Source: Mobula hypostoma
Taxonomy: Eukaryota
Length of the DNA: 64,000 nucleotides
Direction: 5' to 3'
Assembly: GCF_963921235.1 (NCBI RefSeq)
Contig: NC_086097.1
Location: forward strand, 172,734,001-172,798,000
Shown here: piece by piece, positions 59,961 through 64,000 of the stretch
Layout: each line of letters starts with the position of its first letter
Numbering within the stretch: the stretch's first letter is position 1
The notes under the pieces: generated by a model
Database searches by the model: none
Seen by the model: the letters and a program-made list of their open reading frames with translations, nothing else
Told to the model about the DNA's origin: nothing
Made by a program: the position numbers and the translations under genes

Positions 59961-60121
59961 AACACACATCAAAGTTGCTGGTGAACACAGCAGGCCAGGC
60001 AGCATCTCTAGGAAGAGGTACAATCGACGTTTCAGGCCGAGCCCCTTCTTCAGGACTAACTGAAGGAAGAGTTAGTAAGAGATTTGAAAGTGGGAGGGGG
60101 AGGGGGAGATCCAAAATGATA
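59961..60121 (-). mobile_element. PLE pseudo-LTR fragment with hammerhead motif (60022-60057)
   Basis: Matches 5508-5672; TSD GGCATGT (59954-59960, 60122-60128); AGUC CUGAAGA AGGGGCUCGGCCU GAAACGUC GAUU. Confidence 0.85.
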
Positions 60122-62695
60122 GGCATGTATGATGTTTTAGGCATCACTGAATCATGCTGAAGGAAGATTATAGCTGGGAGCTTAATGTCTAAGGATACAT
60201 ATTCTATCAAAAGGACAGGGGGGTGGGTGGTGGCGTGGCTCTGTTGGTAAAACAAAATCAAAACATTAGGAAGAGGTGACAAAGGCTTGGAAGGTATTGA
60301 ATCATTATGTATAGAGCTAAGAAACTGCAAGGGTAAAATGACCCTGATGGAAGTTTCATACAGACCTCTGAACAGTAGCAAAGGTGTGGTCTGCAAATTA
60401 CGTTAGGAGATAGAAAATGCATGTCAAAGGGGCAATGTTACGATATTCAAGGGGGACTTCAATATGCAGGTAGATTGGGAAAATCTGCTTGGTGCTGGAT
60501 CCCAAGAGGGAGAATTTGTAGAATACCTACCTATGAGATGGCTTTTTATAGCAGCTTGTGTTTGAGCCCACTATTCTGGATTGGGTGTTGTGCAATGAAC
60601 TGGAGTTGATGAGAGCTTAAGGTATAGAAACCCTTAGAGGACAATGATCATAATTTGATAGATTTCACCTTGCAATTTGAGAAGGAGAATCTAAAGTCAG
60701 ATGTATCAGTATTATCGCACTCAGCCCAATGGATTGAGATATGTCTATTTTAATGCAGGGAGTATTATAGACAAAGTGGATGAGCTTAGAGCGTGGATCA
60801 GTACTTGGAGCTATAATGTTGTGGCCATTACAGAGACTTGGATGGCTCGGGGCAGAAATGGTTACTTCGAGTTCCAGGCTTTAAATTTTCAGGAAGGACA
60901 GGGAGGGAGGCAAAATCGGTGGAGACTGTTGATCAGAGATAGTGTCATGGCAGCAGAAAAGGTGGACAACATGGAGGGATTGTCTACGGAGTGATTGTGG
61001 GTTGAAGTTAGGAACAGGAAGGGGGCAGTAAATTTACTGGGTGTTTTTTATAGACCACCCAATAGTAAGGGACATCGAGGAGCAGATTCTGGAAAGGTGT
61101 AATAATAGCAGGGTTGTCGTGGTGAGAGATTTTAATTTCCCAAATATCGATTGGCATGTCCCTAGAGTGAGGGGTTTAGATGGGGTGGAGTTTGTTAGGT
61201 GTGTTCAGGAAGGATTCGTGACACAATAAGTAGATAAGCCTACAAGAAGAGAGGCTGTACTTGATCTGGTATTGGGAAACGAACCTGGTCAGGTGTCAGC
61301 TCTCTCAGTGGGAGAGCATTGTGGAGATAGTGATCACAATTCTATCTGCTTTACCATAGCATTGGAGAGGGATAGGAACAGACAAGTTAGGAAAGCGTTT
61401 AATTGGAGTAAGGGGAAATATAAGGCTATCAGGCAGGAGCATAAATTGGGAACAGATGTTCTCAGGGAAATGTACGGAAGAAATGTGGCAAATGTTCAGG
61501 GGATATTTGCATGGAGTTCTGCATAGGTACGTTGCAATGACACAGGGAAAGGATGGTAGGGTACAGGAACCGTGGTGTACAAAGGCTATTGTAAATCAAG
61601 TCAAAAAAAAAGAGCTTACGAAAGGTTCAAAAAGCTAGTTAATGATAGAGATCTTGGAAGATTATAAGGCTAGCAGGAAGGAGCATAAGAAAGAAATTAG
61701 GAGAGCCAGAAGGGGCCATGAGAAGGCCTTGGCAGACAGGATTAAGTAAAACCCCAAGGCATTCTACAAGGATGTTAAGGGCAAGAGGATAAGACGTGAG
61801 AGAATAGGATCAATCAAGTGTGACAGTGGAAAAGTGTGTATGGAACCGGAGGAGATAGCAGAGGTACTTAATGAGTGATTTGCTTCAGTATTCACTACGT
61901 AAAATGATCTTGGCCATTGTGGGGATGACTTACAGCAGACTGAAAAGCTTGAGCATATAGATATTAAGAAAGAGAATGTGCAAGAGCTTTTGATTACGTG
62001 CAAAACTGGGCTGAGAAGTGGCAGATGGAGTTCAACCCAGATAAGTGCAAGGTGGTTCATTTTGGTAGGTCAAATATGATGACAGAATATAGTATTAATG
62101 GTAAGACTCTTGGCAGTGTGGAGGATAGAGGGACATAGGACACTCAAAGCTGCTTGCAGGTTGACTCTGTGGTTAAGAAGACATATGGTGCATTGGCCTT
62201 CATTAATCATGGGATTAAGTTTAGGAGCCAAAAGGTAATGTTGCAGCTATATAGGACCCTGGTCAGACTCCACTTGGAGTACTGTGCTTTGTACTGTGGT
62301 CGTCTCACAATAGGAAGGATGTGGAAACCATAGAAAGGGTGCAGAGGAGATTTACAAGGATGTTTTCTGGATAGGGGAGCATGCCTTATGAGAATAGGTT
62401 GAGTAAACTCAGCCTTTTTTCCTTGGAGCGACGGAAGATGAAAGGTGATCTGATAGAGGTGTATAAGATGATGAGAGGCATTGATCATGTGGATAGTCAG
62501 AGGCTTTTTCCCAGGGCTGAAATGACTAGCACGAGAGGGCACAGTTTTAAGATGCTTGGAAGTAGGTATAGAGGAGATGTCAGGGGTAAGTTTTTTATGC
62601 AGAGAGTGGTGAATGCGTGGAATGGGCTGCTGGCGACGGTGGTGGAGGCGGATACGATAGGGTCTTTTAAGAAACTCCGGGACAGGTATATGGAG

Positions 62696-63588
62696 GTCTT
62701 ACTAAATTGAATAAACAAATGATAAATCCAATAATTAAATATGCAATACGAATATGGTTTCAATTTTGTAAATTTTTTAGATTGAACAAATTTATCCCAT
62801 CAAGTTCTATTATATCTAATTTTTTCTTTCAACCATCTAGAATTGATCAAGCTTTTCTTCTATGGAAAACAAAGGGAATAACATGTTTTCATGATTTATT
62901 CATGGATGATTGTTTTATGTCTTTTGAACAGTTGTCTAATAAATATAATTTGCCAAGATCACACTTTTTCAGATACTTACAGATTCTGAATGCTACTTTA
63001 TCTACCTTTCTGATATCGCATCAAATTGAAGTTACGGAAAAAATTTTAGGTTTAAATCCCTATCAGAAGAGTTTAATAGCAATTATTTATGATCTGATTA
63101 CAAAAATATGTCTAGGTACATCTGATAAAATTAAGAATGAGTGGGAAAGAGAACTTCAAATATCTTTATCTACAGAGAAATGGGAGAAAATTCTTCAATT
63201 AGTTAATACTTCCTCAATGTGCGCCAGACACGCTTTGATACAATTTAAAGTGGTTCTCATAGGGCTCATATGTCCGAGGATAAGTTAGCTCGTTTTCACT
63301 GCTTTGTGATAGATGCAATTCTAAGGTAGCTTCCTTGACACGTATGTTCTGGTCTTGTCGTCTTCTAGAAAAATATTGGAAAGATATTTTTGATATTATT
63401 TCAGTAGTTCTGCGTATTGATTTACAACCTCATCATATTACTGCAATTTTGGGACTACCAGTGATAGACTCCAGTCGTTTATCCTTGTCAGCGTGTCGTC
63501 TAATTGCATTTGTTACATTAATAGCCAGAAGATCATTACTATTATGTTTATTAATTTTGAAACAATAAAAAGATTGAAAAAGAAAGAA
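62696..63588 (+). mobile_element. L1-type LINE ORF2 3' fragment
   Basis: WKTKGI...FEQLSNKYNLPRSHFFRYLQI, WERELQISL, ALIQFKV and the C..C...MFWSC zinc-finger region; AATAAAAAGATTGAAAAAGAAAGAAAG tail. Confidence 0.9.
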
Positions 63589-64000
63589 AGGAGATATCCA
63601 GGGGTAAGTTTTTTACACAGAGTGTGGTGAATGCATGGAATGGGCTGCTGGCGACGGTGGTGGAGGTGGATACGATGGGGTCTTTTAAGAGACTCCTGGA
63701 TAGGTATATGGAGCTCAGAAAAATAGAGGGCTATGGGTAACCCTAGGTTATTTCTCAGGAAAGGACATGTTCGGCACAGCTTTGTGGGCTGCAGGGCCTG
63801 TATTGTGCTGTAGGTTCTATGTTTCTATGGTGGAGTAAAGGGAATTACAGAGGTATGAGAGAGAAGCTGGCTAAAATTGATTGGAAGGGGATACTAGGAG
63901 GAGTGACGGCCGAGCAGCAATGGTTGGATCTGTCGATTCTTGAAAGACCATTACTAATGCCTCCACAATCTCTTTAGCTACCTCTTTCAGAGCTGTAGGG

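Larger units (their letters stand above)
59870..63935 (+). mobile_element. Nested CR1 LINEs: an older copy (59870-60716, resuming 63829-63935) containing a second CR1 (60718-63828)
   Basis: Two endonuclease starts (LNVRSIWNKVDEL; YFNAGSIIDKVDEL...ITETW). The outer frame KSDVSVL|WSKGNYRGMREKL rejoins across the insert. The inner copy ends in a (TTCTATGT) tail. Confidence 0.88.

Noticed and set aside
62707..63288. 193-aa ORF as a host gene
   Set aside because: It is the C-terminal part of an L1 ORF2, frameshifted and followed by the element tail.

Overview
Eukaryotic, repeat-dominated vertebrate DNA. The element mix (CR1/HER1-type LINEs, Rex1/Babar LINEs, V-SINE/HE1-like SINEs, Penelope-like elements) suggests a cartilaginous fish, probably a ray; this is an inference. 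No intact protein-coding gene is visible, and nearly all ORFs in the track are decayed transposon pieces or their antisense. Content: many nested CR1, Rex1/Babar and L1 fragments; two Penelope-like (PLE) families whose pseudo-LTRs carry minimal hammerhead ribozyme motifs; a two-family Gypsy nest at 22.9-29.7 kb; an old two-LTR endogenous retrovirus (37634-43963); and pogo/Tigger, Tc1, mariner and hAT/Charlie DNA transposons. There is also a 34-bp minisatellite and one plausible host signal-peptide exon (46316-46376). The most striking observation is in the 3' UTR of a Hero-clade LINE fragment (minus strand, 48910-48976). It has the conserved hammerhead core motifs and three ~6-bp helices, but in a scrambled, pseudoknotted order that is not a circular permutation, making it a candidate rearranged self-cleaving ribozyme. 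Coordinates were read by eye, and ends of decayed elements are approximate.
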